Assembly (NCBI GenBank): GCA_964444195.1
Contig: CAYUGH010000008.1
Coordinates: 939 to 64,938 of the forward strand
Source: an uncultured Chitinophagaceae bacterium
GTDB taxonomy: Bacteria; Bacteroidota; Bacteroidia; Chitinophagales; Chitinophagaceae
Length of the DNA stretch: 64,000 nt
Direction: 5' to 3'
The notes below the pieces were generated by a model. That model ran no database searches. It was not told where the DNA came from and was given only the letters and a program-made list of their open reading frames with translations. Made by a program: the position numbers and the translations under genes. Shown here in pieces: positions 19,797 through 30,568 of this stretch (its first letter is position 1; each line of letters starts with the position of its first letter).

Positions 19797-19902
19797 GCCT
19801 GTTGTTTTTTGGTAACTAAAATCATCAATCCCCCAGTATGGGATTGCAAATGTAACGCATTACAGGTATGCAGTTAACAGGCTAAGATTCAAAAAAAATT
19901 TA

Positions 19903-21222
19903 CTACCTGCGAAGCCAGGGTTCCGGGTTGATGGTTGAGGTCTCCGTATCCATCTGAAGCGTTACTTCGCCAACGCCGTCATCATTCACACCTGCCTTTC
20001 CAAGCACCTGCCCTGCGGTTATCATTTGCCCCTTGCTTACGCTGGCGCTGCCCAGGTTGCCATAGGTTGTAAAATACTTACCGTGCCTTACCATTACAAG
20101 CTGTTTACCTCCCACGTTAAATACCGACCTTACTTCTCCATCGAAAATGGCTTTAACAGGGGCGCCAACAGTTGTCTCAATGGATAAGCCATCACTTGGA
20201 ACAGTAAGTGTTTTAGTTTTCCCCGGTATTTTGTTTATACCATAATGAAGCGTAATTACCCCCTTCTCCACCGGCCAGGGAAGGCGTCCTTTATTCTCCT
20301 CAAATTTTTGAGAAACAATAATCCCTTCAGGGGTAGTTTCAAGCACACTGGGAGCCCGCTTTGCAGGGGCTGTTCTTGAAGGTTCTGTAGTGGTTGGGTT
20401 AGTAGTTGCGGGGCTCCCTTCGGCTATGTCCTTGGCAGCATCCGCTTTTCTTTTGGCCTCGGCTTCCCTTTCCTTTCTCAATGCTTCATCCTTCTCCCGC
20501 TTAATTACCGCTGCAATGGCAGCCTGTATCTGTTTGCGTTCCCTTTCCTTATTGGCAAAAATTTTGCTGAGCTCTTTTTCTTTTCCTGCCAGTTCCTTTA
20601 CCACCTCATCCTTTTCTCTTTTCTCCTTTTCCAATTCTGCCATTTGCTTTGCCTGCTCCGAAACCGCTACCTGCTTTTCGGTCCGCTTGCCTTTTAAGGA
20701 CTCAATCTTGGAAAACAACAGCTTGTTTGCATTACTAATATCATCGGCCTTTTTAGTACGGTAATTCCGGTAGGTTTTCAGGTAAGTCATGCGTTTGATG
20801 GCATCGGCAAACCCGGTGGAAGAAAAAAGAAAATTCAAAAAATCGTAATTGCTCCTGTTTTTATAAGCATACACAATGCTTTGGGCATATTGGTCCTTTA
20901 ATACATTTAATTCTTTTTTAAGCGTATCAATATCACGGTAGGTACGCAGCATTTCACGTTCAACCATCCAAACCTCGGTTTTGATATTGGTAATAACCTG
21001 GTTACGCATATCAATTTTTCGTTCCACCTGCTTTAGCGCACCCAGCGATTGTTTTTTGCTGGCCTTTGTTTCATCAAGCGATTGTTTCACCACATTAATT
21101 TCATTCAACAATGCCTGGGTACGTTTTTGCAATTCTTCCTTTGATTGCTGCTGTGCAAATGCCATAGCGGAAAAAGAAAAACATAACAGGAAGATGGTAA
21201 CGAGCCTTTTTGTGATAAGCAT
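19903..21222 (-). CDS. Coiled-coil M23-family peptidoglycan DD-metalloendopeptidase (EnvC-like)
   Basis: Signal peptide, long Lys/Glu-rich coiled coil, and a C-terminal M23/LytM domain. Confidence 0.8.
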   Translation of the reverse strand: MLITKRLVTIFLLCFSFSAMAFAQQQSKEELQKRTQALLNEINVVKQSLDETKASKKQSLGALKQVERKIDMRNQVITNIKTEVWMVEREMLRTYRDIDTLKKELNVLKDQYAQSIVYAYKNRSNYDFLNFLFSSTGFADAIKRMTYLKTYRNYRTKKADDISNANKLLFSKIESLKGKRTEKQVAVSEQAKQMAELEKEKREKDEVVKELAGKEKELSKIFANKERERKQIQAAIAAVIKREKDEALRKEREAEAKRKADAAKDIAEGSPATTNPTTTEPSRTAPAKRAPSVLETTPEGIIVSQKFEENKGRLPWPVEKGVITLHYGINKIPGKTKTLTVPSDGLSIETTVGAPVKAIFDGEVRSVFNVGGKQLVMVRHGKYFTTYGNLGSASVSKGQMITAGQVLGKAGVNDDGVGEVTLQMDTETSTINPEPWLRR

Positions 21223-21272
21223 ATCTCTGCTGTGTTAGGTTAATTTGAGCATTAAACGAAGTTATGCTCGGT

Positions 21273-22097
21273 TTATTTTTCTTTATAATTTTTAGGAATA
21301 GCAAAAGGGAAAGTTAACAATTCGTCAAAAGCAAACTGCTTATAATCGAGCTTTACATTTAAGCTGGTTTTTTCGGTAACCGTTATATCCCTCCTGGTAC
21401 TGAACGATGTTCTTAGTGTGGGCAAATAATTTGAATATCCAATAAAGCAGGTTCGGTTACTGCTTACATTAATATCATCAATCTTACTGTAACCAATCGT
21501 ATTGCGAATGGTATCGAGGTTGAGCAAATGCTTAAAATAATCCCCCACGCTAAGCGCTGTAATGGTTTGCGCATCAGCCTTATAGGATACAATGTTTTTT
21601 GAAAAATAAACCGGGTTGCCAACTATTATATCCTGCAGGGCTGCAAAATCGAGCGGCAGGTTGGTTATTTCCTGGAGATAAGCGGTACTCCGGCGGGTGA
21701 TATTTTTTTCCAGCTTATCAAGCACCCAAACTGAATCGGGGCGAATGAGCACCCTAAACCCTTCAACCCCTAAGGCGCCGGTAAGGGATACCCACATCAG
21801 GCTATCCCTTTTTAAACGGATAAAAACTGTTGCATCCTTAGTTTTTCCATCAGGGTCAGTATAGTCAAGTTTTATTTTAGCAGAAAATGTATTAAAACGA
21901 ATCTTCCGTTCTTCGATCTTGTCAAGAAATTGGCTTATAACGTACAATGAATCTACCATAGTGTCTTTAACAACCTTTACCTCTACCGTATCCTTTTTAT
22001 TGATTGCCGTTTGAATTGTTTTGGTTGATTTACAGGATTCCAACAACCATAATCCTGCCAGCAAACCAAACGTAGCTATCCAAATTACCATCTTCAT
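21273..22097 (-). CDS. DUF4292-family lipoprotein (LolB-like fold)
   Basis: The signal peptide ends in a lipobox-like LLESC. The length and neighbourhood next to the M23 peptidase are typical of Bacteroidota DUF4292. Confidence 0.45.
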   Translation of the reverse strand: MKMVIWIATFGLLAGLWLLESCKSTKTIQTAINKKDTVEVKVVKDTMVDSLYVISQFLDKIEERKIRFNTFSAKIKLDYTDPDGKTKDATVFIRLKRDSLMWVSLTGALGVEGFRVLIRPDSVWVLDKLEKNITRRSTAYLQEITNLPLDFAALQDIIVGNPVYFSKNIVSYKADAQTITALSVGDYFKHLLNLDTIRNTIGYSKIDDINVSSNRTCFIGYSNYLPTLRTSFSTRRDITVTEKTSLNVKLDYKQFAFDELLTFPFAIPKNYKEK

Positions 22098-22113
22098 GTT
22101 ACTATCTTTTTAT

Positions 22114-23031
22114 TTACAATATTCCACTATGTCCAAATCCACCTGATGATCTTTGCGTTTCTTCAATGGCAGCTACCGGTTGCCAGGCAATGGTTTCAAT
22201 GCGCTGAAAAACCATTTGCGCTATGCGGTCGCCAGGCTGAATAACCTGGGTTTCGTGGCCGAGGTTAACCAGTATTATTTTTACCTCGCCCCGGTAATCG
22301 CTGTCAATGGTACCGGGGGAATTAAGTACAGTCAACCCCAGTTTGATAGCCAAACCGCTGCGGGGACGAACCTGTGCCTCATAACCCACCGGTATCTGCA
22401 AAAATAACCCCGTAGGAACCAGCACCCTTTCCAAGGAACCAACTTCCACCCTCTCCGTTATATTGGCACGCAAATCCAATCCCGACGATCCTTCGGTAGC
22501 ATACTCCGGCAGCGGAAATGCGGATTGAGTGACCACCGGTACTTTGGTCGGTGTTGCTTTTTGCTTTAGCAAAACCGTTGCCAGCGCTACAACCCCTTCC
22601 TCCCTTCCGGTAAAACCCAGCTTCTCCGTTGTGGTTGCCTTTATAGATACGCAATCTTCGGCAATACATAAAACCCGTGCAATAACCAACCGCATTTCGG
22701 GCACAAAGGGTTTTATTTTGGGTTTTTCAAGGCAAAGCATAGCGTCAACATTTTCAATACGGTATCCTTTGCCATCAACGAGGGTAAAACAGCGCTCCAG
22801 CAAAATTTTGCTGTCAATATTTTTAAACTCAGCCGAGGTATCCGGGAAATGCAGGCCAATGTCGCCCAGGGATAAGGCCCCAAGCATGGCATCGCAAATG
22901 GCATGCAATAAAACATCGGCATCACTATGGCCAAGCGCGCCTTTATAATGCGGAACTTTCACTCCTCCAAGCCATAAATCCCTTCCTTCAACCAACTGGT
23001 GAAAATCTATCCCGCTGCCTATTTTATACAT
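22114..23031 (-). CDS. In-frame fusion: 2-C-methyl-D-erythritol 2,4-cyclodiphosphate synthase (IspF) N-terminal + dUTP diphosphatase (Dut) C-terminal
   Basis: Residues 1-~160 carry the IspF motifs ([38 protein letters not shown]) and end ...[16 protein letters not shown]. This is followed immediately by [26 protein letters not shown]...[10 protein letters not shown]..., which is the dUTPase motif set. There is no stop and no ATG at the junction. Confidence 0.75.
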   Translation of the reverse strand: MYKIGSGIDFHQLVEGRDLWLGGVKVPHYKGALGHSDADVLLHAICDAMLGALSLGDIGLHFPDTSAEFKNIDSKILLERCFTLVDGKGYRIENVDAMLCLEKPKIKPFVPEMRLVIARVLCIAEDCVSIKATTTEKLGFTGREEGVVALATVLLKQKATPTKVPVVTQSAFPLPEYATEGSSGLDLRANITERVEVGSLERVLVPTGLFLQIPVGYEAQVRPRSGLAIKLGLTVLNSPGTIDSDYRGEVKIILVNLGHETQVIQPGDRIAQMVFQRIETIAWQPVAAIEETQRSSGGFGHSGIL

Positions 23032-23139
23032 ATCTCCGCGCCGTAAAATGGTATGAAAAAAAGCGAAGGTAAAGACCTCCGCTTTTTTTCAATGTCTTTA
23101 AATTACCCACCCTGGTTAATTTCCCCTGAAAATCCGCCC

Positions 23140-24303
23140 TTATTTATTTTCCGGGAACAGGAAGGATACCCCAAAACGAAGCGTATTGCTCAAGGGATTG
23201 CGGTTGGTGCCGGAACCGCTGGGAATTAAGTAGCTGAAATCGAACACAAAACCCTGGTTGATCTTTAACCCAACCCCGGCGGTTGCATATTTACGGTTAC
23301 CCTTGTTAGGGTGTTCGTAATAATAACCTGCCCTTACAAAAAACATATCCTGGTAGCTGTATTCTGTAGCCAGGCTAAAGTTAATCTCCTGCATTTCTTC
23401 CGAAAATCCGCCGGGTGCATCGCTGAAAGAGGATATCCAGCTTTCAACCACACCCTGGTTCCTGTAATTAAAAAGGTTATTGGCATCGGTTGCGCTATCG
23501 CCGGTAATTACAGGAGGGGTTGGCACCAAAAGCTTATTAAAATCAATGGCAAACATCAATTTGTGCTGATCTTCAAATGACAGGTTATATCCTACACCCA
23601 CCCCAAGGTTGGCAGGGATGTATTCCTTCTCGGTTTCGATATTGGTATAAGAAACCTTACCACCCAGGTTGGTCAATGCCGCGCCAAATTTCAAGCCTTT
23701 GCCAGCATCATTGGTTCCGTCGTAGTAAAAGCTAAGGTCGCCTGCAAGCGTATTGCCCGCTTTGTAATCCACCCCGCTTTGGCTGGGAAGCCCGCGCGCC
23801 AGGTTACTATTAATATACCGCAGGGCAGCGCCAATACCCCATTTTTCGCTGAGTTTGCGGCTATACCCAAAATCCAGCCCCAATTCGGTGGGCTTACCTG
23901 TACTCAACGGGTTGCCGTAAAAGTCGGTAAACTGTATATCGCCAAGGTTAAAATACCTGAAACCGCCGGAGATGGCAGATTCTTCATCGAGCTTGTAGTA
24001 CCCCGAAGCCCCCAACAAGTACACATCGTTTACACCAATATCCTTAAGCCAGGGTGTGTAATTAAGACCAACGGCGCCCTTGTTGGTTGCAAAAGCAGCT
24101 TTTGCCAGGTTCCAAAACATATTATTGGCATCGGGCGCGGTGGTCAATCCATTGTCGGCCAAACCGCCCGCGCGCGCATCCGGTCCTATTCTAAGAAAAG
24201 GAACGGCAGTGGTAACAACATTTATGGAAGGTTGCTGGGCTTTTGCCATCATGCCTGCCAAAAGAGAAACAGGCAGAAAAATAGCAATAAGGTTAAATCT
24301 CAT
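23140..24303 (-). CDS. porV: Outer-membrane beta-barrel protein, probable T9SS PorV (LptO) family
   Basis: 387 aa with a signal peptide. The N-terminal TTAVPFLRIGPDARAGGLADNGLTTAPDANNMFWN resembles the PorV signature. The rest shows a beta-strand periodicity. Confidence 0.55.
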   Translation of the reverse strand: MRFNLIAIFLPVSLLAGMMAKAQQPSINVVTTAVPFLRIGPDARAGGLADNGLTTAPDANNMFWNLAKAAFATNKGAVGLNYTPWLKDIGVNDVYLLGASGYYKLDEESAISGGFRYFNLGDIQFTDFYGNPLSTGKPTELGLDFGYSRKLSEKWGIGAALRYINSNLARGLPSQSGVDYKAGNTLAGDLSFYYDGTNDAGKGLKFGAALTNLGGKVSYTNIETEKEYIPANLGVGVGYNLSFEDQHKLMFAIDFNKLLVPTPPVITGDSATDANNLFNYRNQGVVESWISSFSDAPGGFSEEMQEINFSLATEYSYQDMFFVRAGYYYEHPNKGNRKYATAGVGLKINQGFVFDFSYLIPSGSGTNRNPLSNTLRFGVSFLFPENK

Positions 24304-24588
24304 GTGCTGACTAAATTTGATTTTTACAGATTACACACCTACAGAATAAATTATTGACATTCAGCAGGTTAGGAATTTAAGTAAACTTGAATCTATAGGC
24401 TTAAAAATTTGTAATCTGTACGTTTGTTCAGTTAGTTTGGGGTCAAATATATGGCGAAGCCCGCACTGTAAACGAAATTTTTACGTGATTATTCCACCGT
24501 CGGCAAGCTAACCTTAAAATATTCCTGGTGATTGCCTGTTGAGAAAAATCACAGGCCATAAAAATTCGTGATGTTATCTTGCCACTTT

Positions 24589-25692
24589 ATGAAATGCTGG
24601 TGGTATTTTTTAAGGTCGCATAAATGGGTGGTGTTACTAATCTTTTTTTTTCTTTTTGCCCCCTACGCCCATGCCCAGTTGCTTGCCAAAATTTTTAAAA
24701 AAGATTCCATTGATAATAATTACTATGAAGCAAACGACACGCTTACCAATACCCGGTTATATGCTTCGCAAAAACTCACCTATCCTACTCTTAAAAGCGG
24801 CGATGGCAACCATGAGGTTCGCTACCGGTCGAATGGTAATACCAACCTGGGATTTGGGAATACTTATGGATGGCTAACCGTTAATATCGGGCTTAACTTC
24901 AAGTTTATAAATGACGATGACCATCTCAAAGGCAAAACGGATTTTATTGATATGCATACCCAAATTGTAGGACGTCCCTATGTAGTTGATTTTTACGGGC
25001 AGTTTTACAAGGGTGTTTACCTGATGCCCGAAACAGGGGATTTGCCAAAGGGAACTCCGTATCCGTTACGGCCTGATATTTATACCCAGCAAATTGGTTT
25101 TTCCAGTTATTTCATCCCTAACTGGCGCAAGTTTTCCTATGCAGCAGCCGTTACACAACGCGACTGGCAAAAAAAATCAGCAGGCTCCTTCCTGTTTGGC
25201 GGGGAGTTTTTTGCCGGTAAAATAAAAGGCGACAGCGCGCTTGTACCGAAAGAAAGAGCCCGGCAGTTTGAAAACCCTGGAATTAATAAGGTAAAATATT
25301 ATGAAATTGGCTTTGGGGCCGGGTACGCTTATACCCTGGTCATTAAAAGGCATTGGTTTGTTTCGGCCTCGGCCGTTACCGGGATTGCAACCGGGTTTTT
25401 ACAGCAATACGAGCGATACGATATAGAATCTTCCATGTATTTCCGGCCCAATTTTATGATCCGGCCCTCATTTGGGTATAACAGTAAAAAATTCAACGGT
25501 GCGGTATATTTATTTTCCAGCCAGGTAAATGCAGGAAATACAAAGGGATATTACCAGGTGAATACCTCGAACCTGCGGGTAACCATTGCTTACCGTTTTG
25601 CCCCTTCGCAGCGAATAAAAAAGAGATACCAGGCGCTGCTTAACCTGAACCCCTACTACCGCAAACAACAAAAAAGCAGTGAACAGGAGTAG
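24589..25692 (+). CDS. DUF4421-family outer-membrane protein
   Basis: A signal peptide is followed by a beta-rich domain. The start is chosen at the internal Met (MKCWWYF...), although the ORF track begins at 24568. Confidence 0.45.
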   Translation: MKCWWYFLRSHKWVVLLIFFFLFAPYAHAQLLAKIFKKDSIDNNYYEANDTLTNTRLYASQKLTYPTLKSGDGNHEVRYRSNGNTNLGFGNTYGWLTVNIGLNFKFINDDDHLKGKTDFIDMHTQIVGRPYVVDFYGQFYKGVYLMPETGDLPKGTPYPLRPDIYTQQIGFSSYFIPNWRKFSYAAAVTQRDWQKKSAGSFLFGGEFFAGKIKGDSALVPKERARQFENPGINKVKYYEIGFGAGYAYTLVIKRHWFVSASAVTGIATGFLQQYERYDIESSMYFRPNFMIRPSFGYNSKKFNGAVYLFSSQVNAGNTKGYYQVNTSNLRVTIAYRFAPSQRIKKRYQALLNLNPYYRKQQKSSEQE

Positions 25693-25776
25693 TTGCCCAT
25701 TCCATTAACTTTACCCGCTTGTTAGTTGATAATGATTAGGTTGCGGCATTATTTCAATTCAAAGATTATATTTTAA

Positions 25777-27987
25777 ATGCTGATGATAAACAATATTCTG
25801 AAGATACCGATTGGCCGACTCGGATACGGTTTTATTAAAAAAGAATACCTGCCCGATGGCAAGGATGAATATTACCTGCGAAACCTGCAAAACCGCAGCG
25901 GCATCAATTACCGCCAGCTTTCAGCTTATGAAATTGAAGTGCTGGTGCGCAATGGCAACACCAGCGACAACTGGAATCATTTATTAGTCAGCAATGCCTT
26001 TACCCCCGAACTGGTAAAAAACTGCAAGTTCTTCGGGCTTGTGCGCATTGGCAAGCTGGAACCCTATTTTTTGGAATACAGCAAGCTCCGGGTGCCGGTG
26101 GGGCTATACAACAGCACCATTATCAGTTGCGATTTTGGCGATAATGTGGTGGTGGATAATGTTAACTACCTCAGCCATTATATTATTGGAAGCGAGGCCA
26201 TTATCATAAATGTAAATGAGCTGATGACCACGCCTCATGCCAAATTCGGGAATGGCATTTTAAAAATAGACGAACCTGAAAACATCAGGATATGGATGGA
26301 GCTTTGCAATGAAAACAGCGGCAGGCAGGTGCTCCCTTTTAACGGCATGCTTCCCGGCGATGCCTGGCTTTGGAGCAAGCACCGGGATAATGATAAGCTG
26401 CTTGAAAAGTTTAAAGAGTTTACCGAGGCCCAGTTTGATACCAAATGGGGTTATTATGGCAAAATAGGCGACCGTACGGTCATAAAAAACTGTGCTATTA
26501 TTAAAGATGTATGGATTGGAAGCGATGCCTACCTGAAAGGCGCCAATAAGCTGAAAAACCTGACCATAAACTCAAAACCCGGCGCCAAAACACAGATTGG
26601 AGAAGGTTGCGAAATGGTGAACGGCATCATAGGCTTTGGTTGCCGCGCTTTTTATGGGGTAAAAGCGGTTCGTTTTGTTATGAGCAGCAACTCGCAGCTT
26701 AAATACGGTGCGCGGCTGATAAACGCCTACCTCGGCGACAATGCCACCATCAGTTGTTGCGAAGTGTTGAACTCGCTCATTTTCCCCGCGCATGAGCAGC
26801 ACCATAACAATAGTTTTCTTTGCGCATCGGTAGTAATGGGGCAAAGCAATATGGCGGCAGGCGCCACAATAGGCAGCAACCATAACAGCAGGGCTAATGA
26901 TGGCGAGATAGTAGCCAAGCGCGGGTTTTGGCCGGGACTTTGCGTAAGCCTGAAACATAACAGCCGTTTTGCCAGCTTTACCATTATTGCCAAAGGCGAT
27001 TATCCTGCCGAGCTCGATATTCCACTACCCTTTTCATTGGTAAGCCAGGATACAGCAAGCGACAACCTGGTGCTGATGCCCGCGTATTGGTTTATGTACA
27101 ATATGTATGCGCTTGCCCGCAATGCCTGGAAATATGCTGACCGCGACAAACGTCCCGATAAGATTCAACACCTCGAATTTGACTACCTGGCGCCCGACAC
27201 GGCCAATGAAATCCTATATGCTATCAGTTTGCTTGAATTATTTGCCGGGCAATCGGTAGTCGGCCACGAGGGAAAAGCGGTTTCCGGTGAAACTGAACTG
27301 AGAAAACTGGGCCGGTCGTATCTGCTTGGAAAAGGCAGTGAGATTGACATTATAGCCACAGGGATTGAAAATTCAAACCGGAAAGTAGTGGTCCTGAAAG
27401 CCCGCGAGGCATACACAACCTATAAAAAAGTGTTGCATTTGTACTGTGTTGAGCAATTGCATGAATGGTGCCGCGTAAATAAAATAACCCATGCTGAACA
27501 ATTAATATCAAGCCTTCCTGCCCGGATGCCCGCACAGGAATGGCAGAATATCGGCGGGCAATTAATTCCTGCGGAAGACGTAAAAAAGGCCATTAAAAAT
27601 ATGGCCACCGGAAAAATAGGCAGTTGGGATGAAGTGCATGAATGGTATAGGGCGGAAGCAGAGGCTTACCCGCTCAAAAAAGCTGCCCATGCTTTTTACG
27701 TTTTAAAAACGCTCGAAAAAACAAACCCTGCCCAATTAAGCAGCGATGATTGGAAAAGGATTTTACTGGGTGCGCTGCAAACCCGTAAGTGGCTTTCGGA
27801 AGGTGTGTACCAAAGCCGTAAAAAGGATTACGACAATGCATTCCGCAAAATGCTGTACGATTCTGTAGAAGAAATGAACACGGTGATGGGAAGCCTCGAA
27901 GAAAATGAGTTTATCATCCTTGAAAAGGAAGAAGCAAAGAAGTTTATACAACGGGTAAATGGAATAAAAAGGATACTTTCGAAATAG
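25777..27987 (+). CDS. DUF4954-family protein (left-handed beta-helix / hexapeptide-repeat region)
   Basis: 736 aa. The N-terminal MINNILKIPIGRLGYGFIKKEYLPDG... is typical of Bacteroidota DUF4954. Confidence 0.5.
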   Translation: MLMINNILKIPIGRLGYGFIKKEYLPDGKDEYYLRNLQNRSGINYRQLSAYEIEVLVRNGNTSDNWNHLLVSNAFTPELVKNCKFFGLVRIGKLEPYFLEYSKLRVPVGLYNSTIISCDFGDNVVVDNVNYLSHYIIGSEAIIINVNELMTTPHAKFGNGILKIDEPENIRIWMELCNENSGRQVLPFNGMLPGDAWLWSKHRDNDKLLEKFKEFTEAQFDTKWGYYGKIGDRTVIKNCAIIKDVWIGSDAYLKGANKLKNLTINSKPGAKTQIGEGCEMVNGIIGFGCRAFYGVKAVRFVMSSNSQLKYGARLINAYLGDNATISCCEVLNSLIFPAHEQHHNNSFLCASVVMGQSNMAAGATIGSNHNSRANDGEIVAKRGFWPGLCVSLKHNSRFASFTIIAKGDYPAELDIPLPFSLVSQDTASDNLVLMPAYWFMYNMYALARNAWKYADRDKRPDKIQHLEFDYLAPDTANEILYAISLLELFAGQSVVGHEGKAVSGETELRKLGRSYLLGKGSEIDIIATGIENSNRKVVVLKAREAYTTYKKVLHLYCVEQLHEWCRVNKITHAEQLISSLPARMPAQEWQNIGGQLIPAEDVKKAIKNMATGKIGSWDEVHEWYRAEAEAYPLKKAAHAFYVLKTLEKTNPAQLSSDDWKRILLGALQTRKWLSEGVYQSRKKDYDNAFRKMLYDSVEEMNTVMGSLEENEFIILEKEEAKKFIQRVNGIKRILSK

Positions 27988-28002
27988 CTTGCAAAAAATA
28001 CA

Positions 28003-28998
28003 TTGATTATGAACGGGAACAGGATAAAGGTTGGAGTATTTGGGGTAGGCCATTTGGGCAAATTTCACCTGAATAACTGGAAGGAGATCGGTGAAGTTGA
28101 ATTGGTTGGATTCTTTGATCCGAATGAGGAGAACGCAGCTTTTGCTGAAAAGGAATACGGCTTTCAGCGATACACAGACCAGGATGAATTAATGGATGCC
28201 TGCCAGGCTGTGGATATTGTGGCCCCTACCAACCTGCATTTTGAAATAGTAGAAAAGGCGCTCAGAAAATCGAAGCATGTTTTTGTAGAAAAGCCTTTGG
28301 CAGCCACGATGGAGGAAGCGCGGGAAATAGTAAAGCTTGCCAAAGAAGCCAATGTAAAGGTACAGGTGGGTCATGTGGAAAGATTTAACCCTGCATACCT
28401 CACCGCTATGGAATATGTGAAACAGCCCATGTTTGTGGAAGTGCACAGGCTGGCGCAGTTTAACCCCCGCGGCACCGAAGTAAGCGTGATTCTCGACCTG
28501 ATGATCCATGACATTGATATTTTGCTTAGCCTGGTAAACTGCCCGGTTAAAAACATATACGCCAGCGGCGTAGCCGTAATGACCGATACCCCGGATATTG
28601 CCAACGTAAGAATTGAATTCAACAACGGGTGCGTGGCCAATCTCACCAGCAGCCGCATCAGCATGAAAAAAATGCGCAAGATCAGGGTGTTTCAGAAAGA
28701 CGCCTATATCGGGATTGACCTGCTGGCCAAAAAAACCGAGATCATCAAGCAGAAAGAAGAAAGCGATACGCATGTTTTTTCTTTTGACCTCGACACGCCA
28801 AAGGGGAAAAAGACCATTGCCATTGCAAACCCTGATATCCGCGACAATAACGCTATACGGATGGAGCTTGAATCATTTATACAATCCATCCGCAACGATA
28901 AAAAAACTGCCGTGTCTGAAGTAGATGGGTTCCTGGCAATGGATGTAGCGCATCAAATCCTCGAAAAAATTTCCTCTACCGTAATACTCGGCCAATAG
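28003..28998 (+). CDS. Gfo/Idh/MocA-family oxidoreductase
   Basis: Rossmann motif VGVFGVGHLGKFH. EKP motif VEKPLA. Confidence 0.75.
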   Translation: MIMNGNRIKVGVFGVGHLGKFHLNNWKEIGEVELVGFFDPNEENAAFAEKEYGFQRYTDQDELMDACQAVDIVAPTNLHFEIVEKALRKSKHVFVEKPLAATMEEAREIVKLAKEANVKVQVGHVERFNPAYLTAMEYVKQPMFVEVHRLAQFNPRGTEVSVILDLMIHDIDILLSLVNCPVKNIYASGVAVMTDTPDIANVRIEFNNGCVANLTSSRISMKKMRKIRVFQKDAYIGIDLLAKKTEIIKQKEESDTHVFSFDLDTPKGKKTIAIANPDIRDNNAIRMELESFIQSIRNDKKTAVSEVDGFLAMDVAHQILEKISSTVILGQ

Positions 28999-29000
28999 TT

Positions 29001-30428
29001 TTGTACATGGCTTCAACCCGACGCATCCCCATCAGCGCAGTAGTGGCAACCGACTATCTCGTGTCGCTGTTTGTGTGGGCTGTTTTTTTCTTTTGGCGGC
29101 AGTACCTGGTGTACGGGTCAACTTTTGCCGAAGAAGCCTGGGGCGAACCTGTTTTCTACGGCGGCATTTCAGGCATCCCGTTTTTTTGGTTAATACTGTA
29201 CCTGCTGGCCGGGCATTATAGCGAAAGCCTCTATGAAAAATCGAGGCTGAATGAACTGACAAGAGTTGTATTGATTAATGTGCCGGGTGTTACAATCGTT
29301 TTCTTTTTACTGCTGCTCGACGATATAGAAACCACCATACAGGTTGATTATTATTATAAGGTTTTTGCAAGCCTGTATTTTTTGCAAACCATCTTAATCA
29401 TTGCAGGAAGATGGCTCTGGCTCAACCAATCAAAAAAGCAGATTGAAGCAGGGCTGGCAGGCTTTAGGGTTATACTGGTAGGCAATAGTGTCAAAGCCGT
29501 AAAAGCGTTTCATGCCATCAAAAGCGATGCCCGCATTACCGGGTGGCAAGCCATTGGCTACCTGGCCAAAGCCAATGAAAACCGTAATGGTTTGGGAAAA
29601 CTCTTAACCCGGTTGGGAGCCCCCTCAGAAGTTGACGAGGTTTTGGCAAAATACCCAGCCGACAAAATAGTGATAGCGCTTGAAAAAGAGGAACTGGCCG
29701 AAACCCAACTGCTTACAATGCTTGGAGAAAAAGATATTGACATTTATATGGTTCCGGGGTTGATTGATATCATCAGCGGTTCGGTAAGGGTTGGCGATGT
29801 GCTGAAAGGGCAGTTTATGCAAATACACACCAACCCGCTGGAAGGCTGGCAACAGAATACCAAACGGCTTATAGATATCCTTTCGGCTATATTGATCATT
29901 ATACTGCTGAGCCCCTTGCTGCTGTTTGCGGCTATCAGGGTCAGGTTTTCCTCACCCGGCCCGGTAATTTTCAAGCAGGTGCGCATAGGTTACAAAGGCC
30001 GCCCGTTTACCATTTATAAATTCCGCAGCATGTACCTCGGCGCCGAAGCCAAGGGCCCGGCTTTAAGTTACGACGATGATCCCCGGATTACCAACTGGGG
30101 GCGTACCATGCGCAAATGGCGCATTGATGAGCTGCCCCAATGCTGGAATATCCTGAAGGGCGAAATGAGCCTGGTTGGGCCCAGGCCCGAAAGAGCTTTT
30201 TACATTGACCAGGTAAAAGCCATTAACCCTTATTACAACTTTTTGCTGAAAGTAAAACCCGGCATTACCAGTTGGGGCATGGTACAATTCGGGTATGCTT
30301 CCACTGTGGAGCAAATGGCAGAACGAATGGAATACGACCTGCTGTATGTGGAAAATGCCTCCCTCCTGCTTGATTTTAAGATTATGATGAATACTTTCAG
30401 GATAATATTATTGGGAAAAGGAAAATAG
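29001..30428 (+). CDS. Polyprenyl-phosphate sugar phosphotransferase (WbaP/bacterial sugar transferase family)
   Basis: N-terminal TM helices. C-terminal bacterial sugar-transferase domain (KRLIDILSAILIIILLSPLLL..., GEMSLVGPRPE). Confidence 0.8.
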   Translation: MYMASTRRIPISAVVATDYLVSLFVWAVFFFWRQYLVYGSTFAEEAWGEPVFYGGISGIPFFWLILYLLAGHYSESLYEKSRLNELTRVVLINVPGVTIVFFLLLLDDIETTIQVDYYYKVFASLYFLQTILIIAGRWLWLNQSKKQIEAGLAGFRVILVGNSVKAVKAFHAIKSDARITGWQAIGYLAKANENRNGLGKLLTRLGAPSEVDEVLAKYPADKIVIALEKEELAETQLLTMLGEKDIDIYMVPGLIDIISGSVRVGDVLKGQFMQIHTNPLEGWQQNTKRLIDILSAILIIILLSPLLLFAAIRVRFSSPGPVIFKQVRIGYKGRPFTIYKFRSMYLGAEAKGPALSYDDDPRITNWGRTMRKWRIDELPQCWNILKGEMSLVGPRPERAFYIDQVKAINPYYNFLLKVKPGITSWGMVQFGYASTVEQMAERMEYDLLYVENASLLLDFKIMMNTFRIILLGKGK

Positions 30429-30568
30429 AGATTTAAGCCTTTACCTTGTTTTTTCTAGTGATTTTGATCCTGGCAAATACAACCCGGAAGAAATCCATTT
30501 ACAAAATGTACAACCTTTTCATCCAATAACCATTCAAATCTTTAACCAAAAACCCTTTACTTAGCAGC

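Noticed and set aside
19797-19902. Hairpin CAATCCC-CAGTATG-GGATTG between the accA start and the M23 peptidase stop
   Set aside because: It is most simply a terminator for the M23 peptidase gene on the minus strand. It is not distinctive enough to report as a separate regulatory finding.
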